This document shows positions 51,701 through 64,000 of a stretch of DNA of 64,000 nt, in pieces; the stretch's first letter is position 1, and the number at the start of each line of letters is the position of its first letter. Under the pieces are notes generated by a model. The model made no database searches and was not told the DNA's origin. It was given only the letters and a program-made list of their open reading frames with translations. The position numbers and the translations under genes were made by a program. Source of the stretch: Trichoplax sp. H2 (taxonomy: Eukaryota); contig NOWV01000137.1 in NCBI GenBank assembly GCA_003344405.1, forward strand, positions 124,001 to 188,000. Direction: 5' to 3'.

Positions 51701-54700
51701 ATAATTCATCAACGGAAAATTTTGGTATATTATCTTATGTAAAATTTCTTTATCGATACTCGTTAAATTTTTGGCCCATCTATCATCGTATGAAAAAGAA
51801 GTATAGATTTCTGCTCTCATAAATCTAGAGTGCATTTTAACATTGGTCAATATTAATATTTAAATGCACTTTCCTTCTGAAAGTTACCTTATTTGCTTAC
51901 TAGCGTACCCTAGTTACCTTTGTAGTCTCTACTCACTTACCAAGTCAACGATAGATGAGCAATTATTAAGTATAACTACTTTATAAGCTTTCTGCTTCTT
52001 ATTAAGTAGAATAGATAAGCAAGCGACTATGCTGAAGGGTTTCTTCATTGAAGGTATCAGATTTATATACCGCTATCTAACACAGTTATCTTTAAAGTTC
52101 GGCTTAATAAGCATTACAGACAGGCAAACCAATACCTTGCATGTCCGTTGTAATCTTTCCATATTTACTGTTGGCTACTACTACAGAGCCATCGACTAGA
52201 TCGTCTAGCATAGTCATCTACAGTTTTTACTAGTTTATAATGACATACAGATACATAACTATCAAAAATTATCACAACCCATAATTTCCCTTTATTGTGA
52301 TAATGTGTAAAGATTTGCAATAACCGACTAACAAAGCTGATTATCGTTTCATCTACTTGTCATATGTCTCAGGTATACAATAATAATTAAAACCTTAATT
52401 AATTTGTAAAGCCACGTACTTATCATGTATTCCAGACATATAATGACAATAACTAACGAGTACGCTAATCAACGATATATCATTATTAACAATTTATAAT
52501 AATTATTTATCATCGTGATCTGTAATTAATCTCATTGCTATCGATGACTACCCGTATACAGTTGTCAAATCTAATCTAGTTTTATCTAAGCAAATGAATT
52601 TTTTTATTTAGTATCATATGGTAGTGCATATCTTAAAGCTTTATCTATTGCATAAATTGTTTCAAAAGATTAGATTAGCCATCATACTATCCTAATTCTA
52701 TTTCTATTGCCTGATGCAATGAACTAAGAAATAGAGAAAACTTTACCTTTCCGGTTTATTGACAGGCCTATCTATGTAGTTACAGTCAAAGCAATCATTC
52801 TACTCTTCAATTACGCTTAGTGCTTAGTGAAGAATTGTAATCAGGGTCATTTTTTATAAACAAATTGACGCCCGTCTATGTTTATTTTCATCAAAATGCT
52901 ATATGATATTGCAATTAATACCAGCATAAGAATGAAACAAGTATAAATGCGCGTATGTAAAATAACCATTTTCCCTTAATTCGTTTAATTATAGGCAATC
53001 ACTCTTACATTATGTAAACGATTTGAAATTCGGCCGGAAAATCGGCGATATTTTGCTATTATGAGAAAGGAAGGTCCGATTAATTATTTATACTTTGTGA
53101 TACCTCAAACCAACATTCATGATGTAAGTAGAGACTCATATCTCAATTGTATTCTAGGTATTTAATTTTTAGATCAATGCTACTAATTGTTTACAAATAA
53201 TGCATAAATGCTCTTGACTTTTATATTGACAGTTGACACAAAAGGTGCGTTATGATTCATCGGATTTTTACTTCAGAATGGCGTAAGTAGTTCGACGTAG
53301 GATAATTCATCGTACACCATCTATTCAATAAATTATGTTTCGCAGTCTATTCCTAGATCTATGATTAGTAATAAATCAAAGAAACGATAATTTAGAGATG
53401 ATGTAATTCGCTATGGGAATTTTTACAGGTTTATTCCTACTGATTTAGAAGCCTTAAGACAAACCGACGCTAATACTTACAGTTATTTATTTCATCAAGT
53501 TAGTTCTGAAAAATAGAATTTCAAAGAACAGAATGAAATTTTGTTTTATGTTGATCAATAAATTGCGTCAAATGGAATTGCCTTAATAATATTAATTAAT
53601 TGATATAGACAAGAATGGATATTAAAGATGGTCGATTTGCTCAGGAAATGGATTTGGATATAGCTATTGATATTGGAATAGTTCTACATCAGTATCATTT
53701 TAAAATGAATGATGATCGATGTCAGACGAAAGGAAAATCCAAGAGTAAACTGGAAAAGTACGACGCTTTCATAATATCGATTTAATTGATTCATTTATTT
53801 CAAAAATTTAGCTAAGTGAGAGTGCTGCATGATGATAATCCACTAATATATCAGCCATTGAGCGAATAGTATCCCATTTTAAAAGCAAAATATGATAAGA
53901 TACCTTAGAAACGCATTTGTCTTAGACTCAATGTATTACTTCCTAATTAATTCTATATATGATGTTTCATTATGATTTTATTCTGCAGAGAAGTTGATCT
54001 GAAAATATTAGAAAACATAATACCTATTAAAAGGCTTAAAGTTAAAGATTTTAAATGGCGTTGTCGTCGTACTTTAGGGCAAGTTCAGGTGAATGCGCAA
54101 ATCCAAGCTATTATGATAAATTTTATGCCTAACGGTGATGAAAACTTGATTAAAATTTTATCAACATTAAATCTGTTAAATATTTGATCGTTCACAGGAC
54201 TTAAGTTGTGAAGATTTAAAATCGTATGTCATGACATTATGCGGAAACATTCGTAATTTTGGTGGTCAATATTATAAGCTTAACTCGGTTGGCATTTTAG
54301 AATTTCAAATTAAAATTAATATTACAATTATCAATTAAAAATACCAAATACTGCATCTGCATTCTTTTAGAGTTCCGATAAAATTGTTAAGTTATTAATT
54401 GGAAGAAATTGTGGTATTAGTGAAATCGTCCAATCCAATTATCGTAGCGTACGAAGAATTCCAACTTTACGATTTATTACATAATTGACATGATCTATTA
54501 GAAACTATTGAAATGACGCGTTCTATTCCGTGTTCTTAGATGAATCGACTAGCATGGTTTCAGCAAGTTACTAGTATTATTGTAAAGCCGACCGGCAAAC
54601 TATCCTATCAAATAGAGATTCACTTGAATCCTGACGAGGTTTATGAATCACTGAATACTTATTCTTTTTTACTGTAGTGCAGATTATAACTTATGTTCAG

Positions 54701-57700
54701 CAAAAGTTAATACAAGGCGCAAGTTAGTTAGATCGTAAAATTATTACTAAGTGAAACTAAGATTGAATAATCGTATTTAGTAAAAGCAAGCTTACAATAG
54801 CCGATTCCATATTCAACACTACCGCCAATGTTAAGCTTAATTATTTTATTACAGATGTTTACATTTTCTGCAACTAAAGCTGTTGCTCAAGATGTTGCTC
54901 GAATGATTGATGGATATTGCCAAATTATCAACAATAATACGATAAGTGTAACCAAGTATGAAGTAAACGCAAAATTTCCGCAATCAATTATTCAAGAGAC
55001 GCAAGGTAAAAATCATTGTATATTACTTTCGATCGAAAATTTAATCCTGTCTATAGTTGCCAAGAAACTTCCTTCTAAATGTACTGCGCTCCTTGCAAAT
55101 TTTGATCTTAGTCAATGACTGATTTGGTATAACTTATTCGACCACTAAGTGTTACATTTTTGGGATAATAGACTTCAAGTGCTTGATAGATTATTTTGTA
55201 AATCTAAAATATCCAAGCAAGTTGTGATTTGAGTCGCATTAAAGCTGATTTAAATTATTTATAGTATTAAATACTTTTAGAAACTTGAATTACAGAAAGA
55301 TTACCTTGTATACCGATATACTTGTATTTATGGCAATTAGTGCAGATATTATCTTTTATATCTGCTGTAATGGTAGAAACTGTAATCACAATGAATACAT
55401 CTTATTCAGTTGTACTTAAGAAAAGATGTATTACGGCCTAATTTTATTAAAATTACCGATAAACTATACTCAGTTTTATTATTATGTAAATGGTAATGAT
55501 AATCCGACTAGAGCTAAGAAAAGAAACCGTTTCAATCTTTAATCTTAACAGCATTAATTTACAGATTGCCGTAAGTTTGTCTATAAGTTATTTTTAAAGT
55601 TGACTTTATTACTGTCATCTACACTACCGATTTTACCCTTTTTGGATTGAATTAATTTTAGAATGTTTCATTATAGATCTTAGTTATGATCCTAAATTGT
55701 CGAAAGATTGTCTTCTAAATCAGTCGTGTCGTTTAATCGTTGCTTACATAACATTTTAGATTACTAAATGTACGTTAAGGAAAATTAGCATTTACTTTTA
55801 TTCGTCGCAAATGATGATCATGGTCAGTATCAGAAGTAATATAACTTGTTTCTATTACCACTATAAATTCTTGGTAAATCAGTTTAAAGCTGACATCAAT
55901 TTGAGTCATTACAAGATCGTTATAATGCAATACAAACTCTGTTATCAATTTTACGGTAGAAAATCATTGTCAATATTTATTAAAATCTTCACTACTACAT
56001 GGAATTAACTATACTCGTCACTTTTATGAGCTTATTATCCTACCAATATTGTTGTTTTCATTTAATATGATTTATCATTTCATAAGATTTTACTTCTTTA
56101 AGCATCATGACGTCAGTATTTTAGTATAGAACTTTACTCAGGGATAGTATGGTGAATTTAATGCTCAGCAGGTTCAAAATCAGAATTGCTTTATTCATGC
56201 TCTTCTAAATTCCAACCCTAGTCTATTATTCCAACATTGGATAAAAAAGAAGTGATGGTTGACATATTGGTGTAAGCAATGAGTTAATTGTTTAATTATT
56301 TCCTCTATTATTGACTATTTTCTGTCCAGCCCCGATTCCTGGATATCATGGTAGCCATTGTCTATTTCCTGAGTTATGGTCCTACGTGCACTCAACGGAA
56401 AACAATGACGAAACGTATACAACAAATTTTAAGGAATTGCCAACATTTACATTCGAAGCATTGTCTCAAACAGGTACACTCTTGCCAAGCCTTAAACAAT
56501 TGATTTCAATTTTCTCGATACCTTGTTAAGAGATTTGAATACAGTCTCGATAGATGCATAGTGTTGACATAAGCAACGATTACGCACGGTACTGTTTCGG
56601 AAAATTGACTAATGACAATCAAATTGTCGTTCCCACTCGTATTGCAATTTTTGAATCAATTAGTTTGTTAGTCAGGGGTGGTCTTGTTAGAACCACTAGA
56701 ATCATAGTATTTTTATTCCTTTTAAAGACTGGAACAACAGTAAAGTTAGTGACTTTGCTCTCAGGTAAAAATCGAAGTTGGTAAATTAGAAGCGTTGATT
56801 GGGTCTTCGCTATTAATAGGCCATAATACAATTGCATGCAATTCTAATCAAACAATTATTAATAAGCAGATGGAATCCATTATATAAATGCGTGTGTATG
56901 CTTGAGAAAAATCATTATTCCATATATGTGGTGTATAGAGTATGATAGGCAAGGCCAGTCTTTACCCTCCAGTTATTCTAACGCCATTATAATCTGTCAA
57001 TTATTTATTTCATATAACGTTGATGCCCTTCAATTTCAGTTCAGTTACCCAAAAGACATCCAACCTATCCACCACCAGAACATTCAATCGATGATGTCGA
57101 CATAATCAATAGCCAAGGAGCAAATTTTAAAATGACAATGGATTCGCGATCTGGTTCATCGGACACACTTGATATGGATATCTCAACACCGTCATCGTCA
57201 ACTTCTTCGCCAGTTTCGCCTTTATTGTTACACACACAACATGGTCATGAGATTCCGCTGAACTCTGATTTATCTCCATCACAAACAAGTCAGACTAATG
57301 GTAGAAAATATCATATATCTAAATACACTAGTTTTGACAGTAATAACGAAGTGCAGGAGAATTTATAAGTCAAAATTCGAACTGCTATCCGATATTCAGA
57401 CTCATTATTTTCGTATTAATACAGCAAATAAACACATATCAAATGGAATCTCGTGTACGTTAATAGCTGTAGACGGGATTCCATTGCATAAATTGACCCG
57501 CACTCTGTTAACAGTCTACTTTAATAAGATAGTTGATAAATTGGATGAAATGATGATTAAGCTATAGACGAGGATCAATAAAATAATGATAAGCTATAGA
57601 CGAGAATCAATAATGATAAGTTATTTGTAAATATCGATCGAAATCAACTATCTTAATTATTTTCTTTTAGATGTAGAAAGCAATTCAGAGCTATCTACTT

Positions 57701-57990
57701 CGCCTAAAGTGTATGCAAGTACCACAATTTCTACAGAAGAAGTTCAAGATAATGTTAATGACACAGCTCGCAAGAGGCAAAATATGGAATTGCCGTCGTG
57801 CTTGTCTACTACACTTAATATTCTACCATCTCCATTAGCTTCACCTGCACCCGGTAAACCATTTGAATATAAAGACTTAGTATTGCCCCCTCCATCGCCG
57901 TTTGCCGATCAACAGCAATCAAAGATAGAAAAATCGATTCAGACAACAATCTACAACGTAGCGGACTCAGATGACGAAGTTTATCTTTAA
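48735..57990 (+). CDS. FRMPD4/Preso-like scaffold: WW-WW-FERM with Pro/Ser-rich tail, 17 exons, ~713 aa
   Basis: Exons 48735-48838, 50891-51007, 51093-51144, 51315-51431, 51521-51631, 52995-53123, 53233-53282, 53429-53498, 53609-53757, 53989-54088, 54198-54287, 54371-54448, 54540-54638, 54855-55005, 56330-56473, 57040-57300, 57671-57990 form one open frame. WW1 LPLGWK...GRVYYVN...SQWYPP; WW2 LPYGWEKA...YYISH; FRMPD-type FERM motifs (RVRF, FIPTDL..L...D...Y.YLF.Q, LLIG...GIS, DVARMIDGYCQ). Confidence 0.8.
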
Positions 57991-58967
57991 TTGGCAACTC
58001 TTAAGCTTAGACTTATTAAAATATAAATTTATTTCTCATTACAAGACATGATAAATATACGACATCCTTCTTTCAATAGAGCGATTTTTGATATTCAATC
58101 TTGACCAATTTTAAAAATTTTCCAATATCTGTGTGTCTAAATTAAATTACATTGTTGAGAAAAAGTAATGTGGTTCAATATTCAGGTTGTGTTTGTGTTA
58201 AACGTCTATACTAAATGCAGATGTTGAAAGTTTGAAATTTGATCTTAACTTTTGATCATTCCTACGATTCTTTCTAGCCTTGATCAGACTAATCCTTTGC
58301 TTTGACTATCGAGAGGCCATAACACAATGGGTTTTGGCAGCAACGTCATTTTAATTGATTATTTTGATACTGTTGATAATTTGTATAAAAATAGCATCTG
58401 GTACAAGATATGTGATACAAGATATGTGTGCATATTCAGTTGTTTAATAGAAAAATCATTAAAATCTTTTCTACCATTAAAGACAGAATAAAATATCTCG
58501 TGAGCGCCCATTATTTCCTCGACATTTAAAGTAGTAAAGATAATCGAGATTAATTCAAGCTTTAATTAGGCACATGATGTATTGTTAATTTGAACAGGCA
58601 GTAACTATCGATGCAAGAGATTCTGTATAAAGGCAGATCACACAGGGGATTGCTGCAGTACAGTATATAACATTGCAGTGTGGCAATTTTTTACAAGCAG
58701 TAAATACGAGATACGAACGCAATTGCTACAGTATAGTAGGTAGCAATAATACATTGTATTATTGCTACCAGCAAAAATTGTGATTTCAACAAGAAGTACT
58801 ACCGGTGTGATAGATTCTGTATGTGAAATCGAATTAAGCTTTCAATTAATAGTACGAAACATTAAAGCATTATAGTACAAAGAAAATCAATGACCGAGAT
58901 ATCGGCTTTCCGATGAATACGTTGGTAGCTTTTTAAACTCTCGACTAGAGTAAAATACACGAAAATG

Positions 58968-61900
58968 CTATCCTTCACTTTCTTTAGATGAAAGGTTATT
59001 ATCTTTCTTATTGCCAGTAGCCGTATTACGTTGCATTGAGAACATGACACCCTTTAAAAAAATTTATTAATAATTATAATCAATATCCTATGGTGTAAAA
59101 CAAATTAAATATCTTGAAAGGTATTCTAATAAATGCGGTATACAAACAAAAGACGCCATCTTCAAGGAATTGTATGACTTACCAATTGATCCAGAATGGC
59201 TGGAAGTTTTTGCCTTGGACACTTGATAGAAGACGCCTTTAAAAGACGATGTAAATCGCGCAATTCTAAGGGCTATCAACAATTTAAATAAAGAATATAT
59301 CGTGCAGTCAATTACGCAATTATTTAAAATTTTACAGATTATCACATGGTATAACAAGACAAAGGCATAATGTGTCACTTATTAACCTCGTATTTTAGTA
59401 CAGACATATACACAGCTCGATTTGACTTGATAAAATCAGAAATTCGGTCGGCAATGTTACTTTCACGAATCTGCAGAATCAAAGTAGTAACAAACCCATT
59501 TCATTTTAAACAAATACTAAAGAGAGCAAAATCCTAAAATCAGCGGAATCTGCTAACTTCTTGTGTTGATAGTATATCATCAGTTTCACTATTTTCATCA
59601 TCATCTGCAACTAATGAACTCTTGCAACTAGATTGGATAACAAAATAAGTAAATTATCGTTAGTGCTTGGAATGTTAACATCAAAGATACCGTTAACATT
59701 ACCTCCCATAGCTGGCTGAATTTTGACTGTTAGCATCACAGTCGCTTTTATCCGATTGAGTTGCGGCATCATCTAAACATGCGTCATTAAAATGAAATAA
59801 CGCGATCAAATCTTGTAATACTAGTCTGGAAGTTTTTCGATCATTTTAATTATACATTGCTGTTGTACGTACTCAAATATTGATTGATTTGTTCGAGTTT
59901 GGCAATCATTTGCCTTTTCGGTAAAGGTTTCACACCGTATTTTTGTAGTTGATTCTGTAATTACAGAATATGCGATTATGAGACGAAATATCATAATTGC
60001 TGATAATATTATTATTATGCCGTACTAGCAGAGCTATTAATAAGAACCTTTAGTTCAGGAGTCGAATAATCAGTAACAAGTCGTTGATTAGTAGTATTGC
60101 TACTAGGATAATGGGGAGACCCCTTCGCGGTTAAGGTTGCTGATGGACTAGTTTCAAATTCCAGATTACGGTCCTGACTAGCAGAGAAATGATCTATGTC
60201 GGCTTTGGGATCTTCCACTACAGTTGGAGACTCATCGCGCAGTAAAAAGAAATCTAAATCTGCGTTGTATCCTCCATCATCAATAAACTGGAAATCTTCG
60301 TTATCGTCTGAATTTTCGGCAGGGTTCTCGTGCATGGACTGGGGGCTTCCATCTGCAATTTTCCTTAAATTGTCTTGACTGAGGATTAAAATATCATCCG
60401 ATATTGCTATACTATCTTCGTGGTCACTTTTACTCGACACGACTAATACTTCTTCCTGGCTCAGATGGGAATTTGATTCTTTCCGCTGTGATTGCTCCAT
60501 CAAGTGGCCAACACAGGATGAATCTGTCGATTCTGTTGTTACTGGCTTGTGAGGGGTTATTTGTGTTAAATCAATAATATCTAAAGATATATCTTCGTCA
60601 GCTATTGACTGAGATGAATTATTATCGTTCATTTCTTGATTAACAGTCGTTTCTTTTGTATTATCGATGACGTTGCTACTGCTATCAAATAATGACTTTA
60701 CATAACGATATAAATGCCTTAATTTTAATCTATAGAAAACAGATATAATAATTACGTTAGCTCTTCGATTAATTAGGCACTTGAGCTTGTTAATTACATC
60801 AGCACATAGTAAAAACCTTACTTTTTGCTTAATTTAGCGACATCGATCAAAATTTCCGATGTAAAATTAACGCTGCCAGTATACATATATAACAAGAGAG
60901 CTTTAACAACTGCAGCAGAAAAATCATTCAATATCACTTCATATTTACAGTCGTTTCCATAGCTATGAAATTCCTATCAAATAAAAATGCCGTCGGTGAT
61001 AAGTAATTGCCTAGGTAAAATTTCATACTTTCTACTAACTTTATATAAGTACGGCGATCTTGCCGCAAGGATACACGCATGAGCCATAACTTTTTCTTCA
61101 TCTTTGGTTACAATCGTAACATCACAAAAATTATCATTTCTTAACATCAACGTAAAATCTTGCAGTAACTGGCTACGTATATCTGTTAATATAGCATTCG
61201 GTTCATTATTTTCGTTCTAAAGTTGAATAAAGGTTTAAACGATGTTAATAAAAAACTCTTGATTAAGTGCTTTCAACAATATACTGTATTTCGAAGGATT
61301 CCTGTATACAGAATTAAAGTATAGGATACCTTAACATCAGGAATTGATGGTTCACTTTTCAGGTGGGTCGATTGAAGTTTTGATTTACTAGTTTGACTGA
61401 TACTTTTCTGATCTGGTAGCAATTGATTGACATAAAAATTATCCACATTCTTATTGGGTGTTAAATTTGCACTGAGGGACCATATACTGGAGGTTGGGCA
61501 TGTTGTAGTAGTAGTGCTAGTCGATGATACTTCTGGAGTCCACTTTGGCTTATTGGGAGAGGGTATGCTCTCTTGGGGTTTCGTGTAGAGATTAGACAAT
61601 TTGCTACTACTCATGCTTTGAGTTAATTGAATATCATTTTCTTCATTCTAGCATTGGGTTACACAATAAAACATTAGTTATAATTGTAAAATGTTTGTCC
61701 ACTCATTACCTAGTCAATATATTTATAGACTTGCAACCAAAATAACGACAATATTTAAAGAACTGTCCTATTCTTGTTCCACAAAATAATAACCTCTTGA
61801 AGTAACCGACAAGCATTGCGAGCAATATTTTCTTTTGCTTCCTCTTCACTGCAAAGCAATAGCTGAGGCATCTCTTTAAATCTAGAACATGTGAAAATTA

Positions 61901-63781
61901 CAGTAGTACATTATATCAATTGGAGTAGGAAAACATCTTTCTATTTCAGTCAAAGGTTAAGGAAAGTTTAAAAGATACTTAAAAATTGTCAATATGTAGT
62001 TATGAGTATCATTACCCTTTCTTTCTCCTCTTCTTGTTGCCTACTGAAGTTAAATCACCGGGTAAAGCAAACGTGTTGTCCTTTTCTCGTTTACTTTTAT
62101 CTTGCATGGAGGCTGACATAGCAAGTGCTAATTGCGTTTCCTCATCGACTTTTGATAAAGTTTTTCTCTTTGCAGGTTTAGCTTTAGGTTCATTCAGATT
62201 TTGTCCAAGATCTGGCCATCATGTAATCACACCATCAAATAATGGTAAGTAAGAGTCAGTAGCATAAACTTGATAAATACGATAAACAAGCAACGCTATT
62301 CAATATACGGTTATACATGATATAAGATAAAATAGTGAGATATAGGCTAACGATGAACTATAGACACGACACTGTTCAAATGGTAACAGCCGTAAACTGG
62401 GTTCAAGTCATAATAATTATTAACTGTCTTAAGGGTCTAAATATCGAGTAGCATTGCGAACAAATATTGTGCAATAACAGCATTGACAAAAAGTTATAGA
62501 TCCTGTTATATTGGAAAAGCGACGCGTATGATACAAGGAATTTCTCTACGCACATAGCTCAATTTTGCACGAAAGGTCATATGTAGCAATTGCAAAATTG
62601 AGATTGACGCTCCATATCATCCATCGGCTGTTTGATCAAGACTGTAGTAAATAAGGCAGTAGTAACTTTAATTTATGGTTGCTGGATTCCAATAATATTG
62701 AGTCCTCATCATTCAAGTTCTCTTGTAGTTAAGCCACAACATTGATACTATTAAAGTTATTGTCTGTTTCTTGGTCATTGTTGGCAGGCAACATTCGTCT
62801 AAGACTACTTGTGCTAGTCAACAGTGAAGGAAGAGATGTTGAATGTAGTTAGTACTAACCTGTGAATCCTTTTTGCTGGCAACATCGAATTAGCTGTTCC
62901 GTTGTTATACCATGAGCCTGGCCACAGCGTTTGATATGTATCAAATGATTCTGATATGAAAGTATTGAACATCAATAGAATCTGTTCATTTCTTAATGTT
63001 TGAAAGCAGTTGATAGAAAAATGATGCTGTTAACTGATATACAGTAACTTACTTTAATCCGGGATAAATCTTTGCCGCAAACTGGACAAGCTATCGACTT
63101 GGTTGCAGCCGGTGCTGGTGGTTTTTCTTGTTTATTGGTTTGACTTTGACAACATTGATCAACATGTCTCTGCTTTGCTTCCATGGATAAGTTACATAAC
63201 AAGCGGCCACAAACGGGGCAAAATTCCGATAATATCTGCATGGATTTTTCTTCGTTTTCTTTTTCATCCTGCAAAATTTGAGCTGCAACTATTGAATCCG
63301 CATCACAAGTATCAGCTGTCTTCTTCCCTGATGATGACATTTGACTAGAACGATGATGATCTAAACATTGATTAACATGAAGGTTGAATAATTCCATTCC
63401 ATCCTCTTGACCAAGACTGATCATCTCAAGACAAACAGGACAGACACGGCCACTACTACTCGCTTCTACGGCTTGGATAGGATTAACTGTAGGCGCTGTT
63501 GTTGCACTGCTAGGCTGGATAACAATATTACTGCTTGGCGTTGTTGTTGGATGGATTGCACTGTTTGGCTGAATGACTGTATCACTGCTTGGCGTTGTTG
63601 TTGTTGGATGGATTATACTGTTAGGTTGAATGGCTGCGTGGCTGGTTGGCGTTGTTGTTAGATGGATTGCACTGTTAGTCTGAATGGTTGTATGGCTGCT
63701 TGCCATTGTTGTTGATTTACGTAATTTCAATTTCCGTTTTGCTTGACTACTTGAATCTTGTTGTGAATCTTGTGACGCCAT
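58968..63781 (-). CDS. SLX4: Structure-specific endonuclease scaffold SLX4 (BTBD12/FANCP), 14 exons, ~970 aa
   Basis: Exons 63781-63053, 62950-62860, 62211-62016, 61881-61794, 61647-61330, 61216-61040, 60973-60822, 60729-60048, 59954-59873, 59772-59703, 59627-59558, 59470-59387, 59272-59183, 59051-58968, phase-consistent. UBZ-type CPVC..H...C fingers, MLR-like PQLLLCSEEE, BTB (FCDVTI...AHACILAARSP), SAP (STPELK.QLQKYGVKPLPKRQMIAKL), C-terminal SBD-like VLKYE|PLEL...ILDQLGVMF. Start chosen at AAGATGGCG. Confidence 0.9.
63500..63705 (-). repeat. In-frame 54-57-bp tandem repeat in SLX4 exon 1
   Basis: Encodes SSHTTIQTNSAIHLTTTP / TSHAAIQPNSIIHPTTTTP / SSDTVIQPNSAIHPTTTP / SSNIVIQPSS. Confidence 0.85.
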
Positions 63782-64000
63782 CTTCATCAACCGCATCAAT
63801 CAGTGGTTATCACTTGGCAAGCTATCACCCTAAGCTAAGCAGAGGAGAGTTATCTAGTTGATACATCGCTTAAACGAGTTACCGCCAAGTTGAGGTGGAG
63901 GTTGGATGATCTTCAAGATGAAAATTCTTCTGCCATAGCAGCCCAATCTTGGGATACTTCGATCGTTCGATAGCAAGAGAAAGCAGATTTGAATTGATTG

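Noticed and set aside
57558-57620. ~32-bp direct repeat in the last FERM-gene intron (also a 14-bp tandem at ~58403)
   Set aside because: Ordinary slippage duplications with no sign of function.

Overview
AT-rich eukaryotic (animal) genomic DNA with short GT-AG introns and two 20-N assembly gaps. Gene content and intron sizes suggest a compact early-branching metazoan, probably a placozoan such as Trichoplax (inference only). Six protein-coding genes were reconstructed by hand: a single-exon rhodopsin-class GPCR (+); a thioredoxin whose likely first coding exon adds an MGCSSS-type acylation extension (+); YIPF6 (-) head-to-head with GNPDA (+) across a TACAG/CTGTA-rich spacer; an FRMPD4/Preso-like WW-WW-FERM scaffold with no visible PDZ domain but a PPSPF Homer ligand (+); and a compact ~970-aa SLX4 (-). 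Non-coding space holds about ten unrelated degenerate tandem arrays (units ~63-240 bp), an apparently heterozygous LTR-like insertion at the first gap, a heterozygous 155-bp indel at the second gap, and a possible decayed DIRS/Ngaro-type RT fragment. No rRNA, tRNA or CRISPR found. All alignments and homology calls were made by eye and need computational confirmation.
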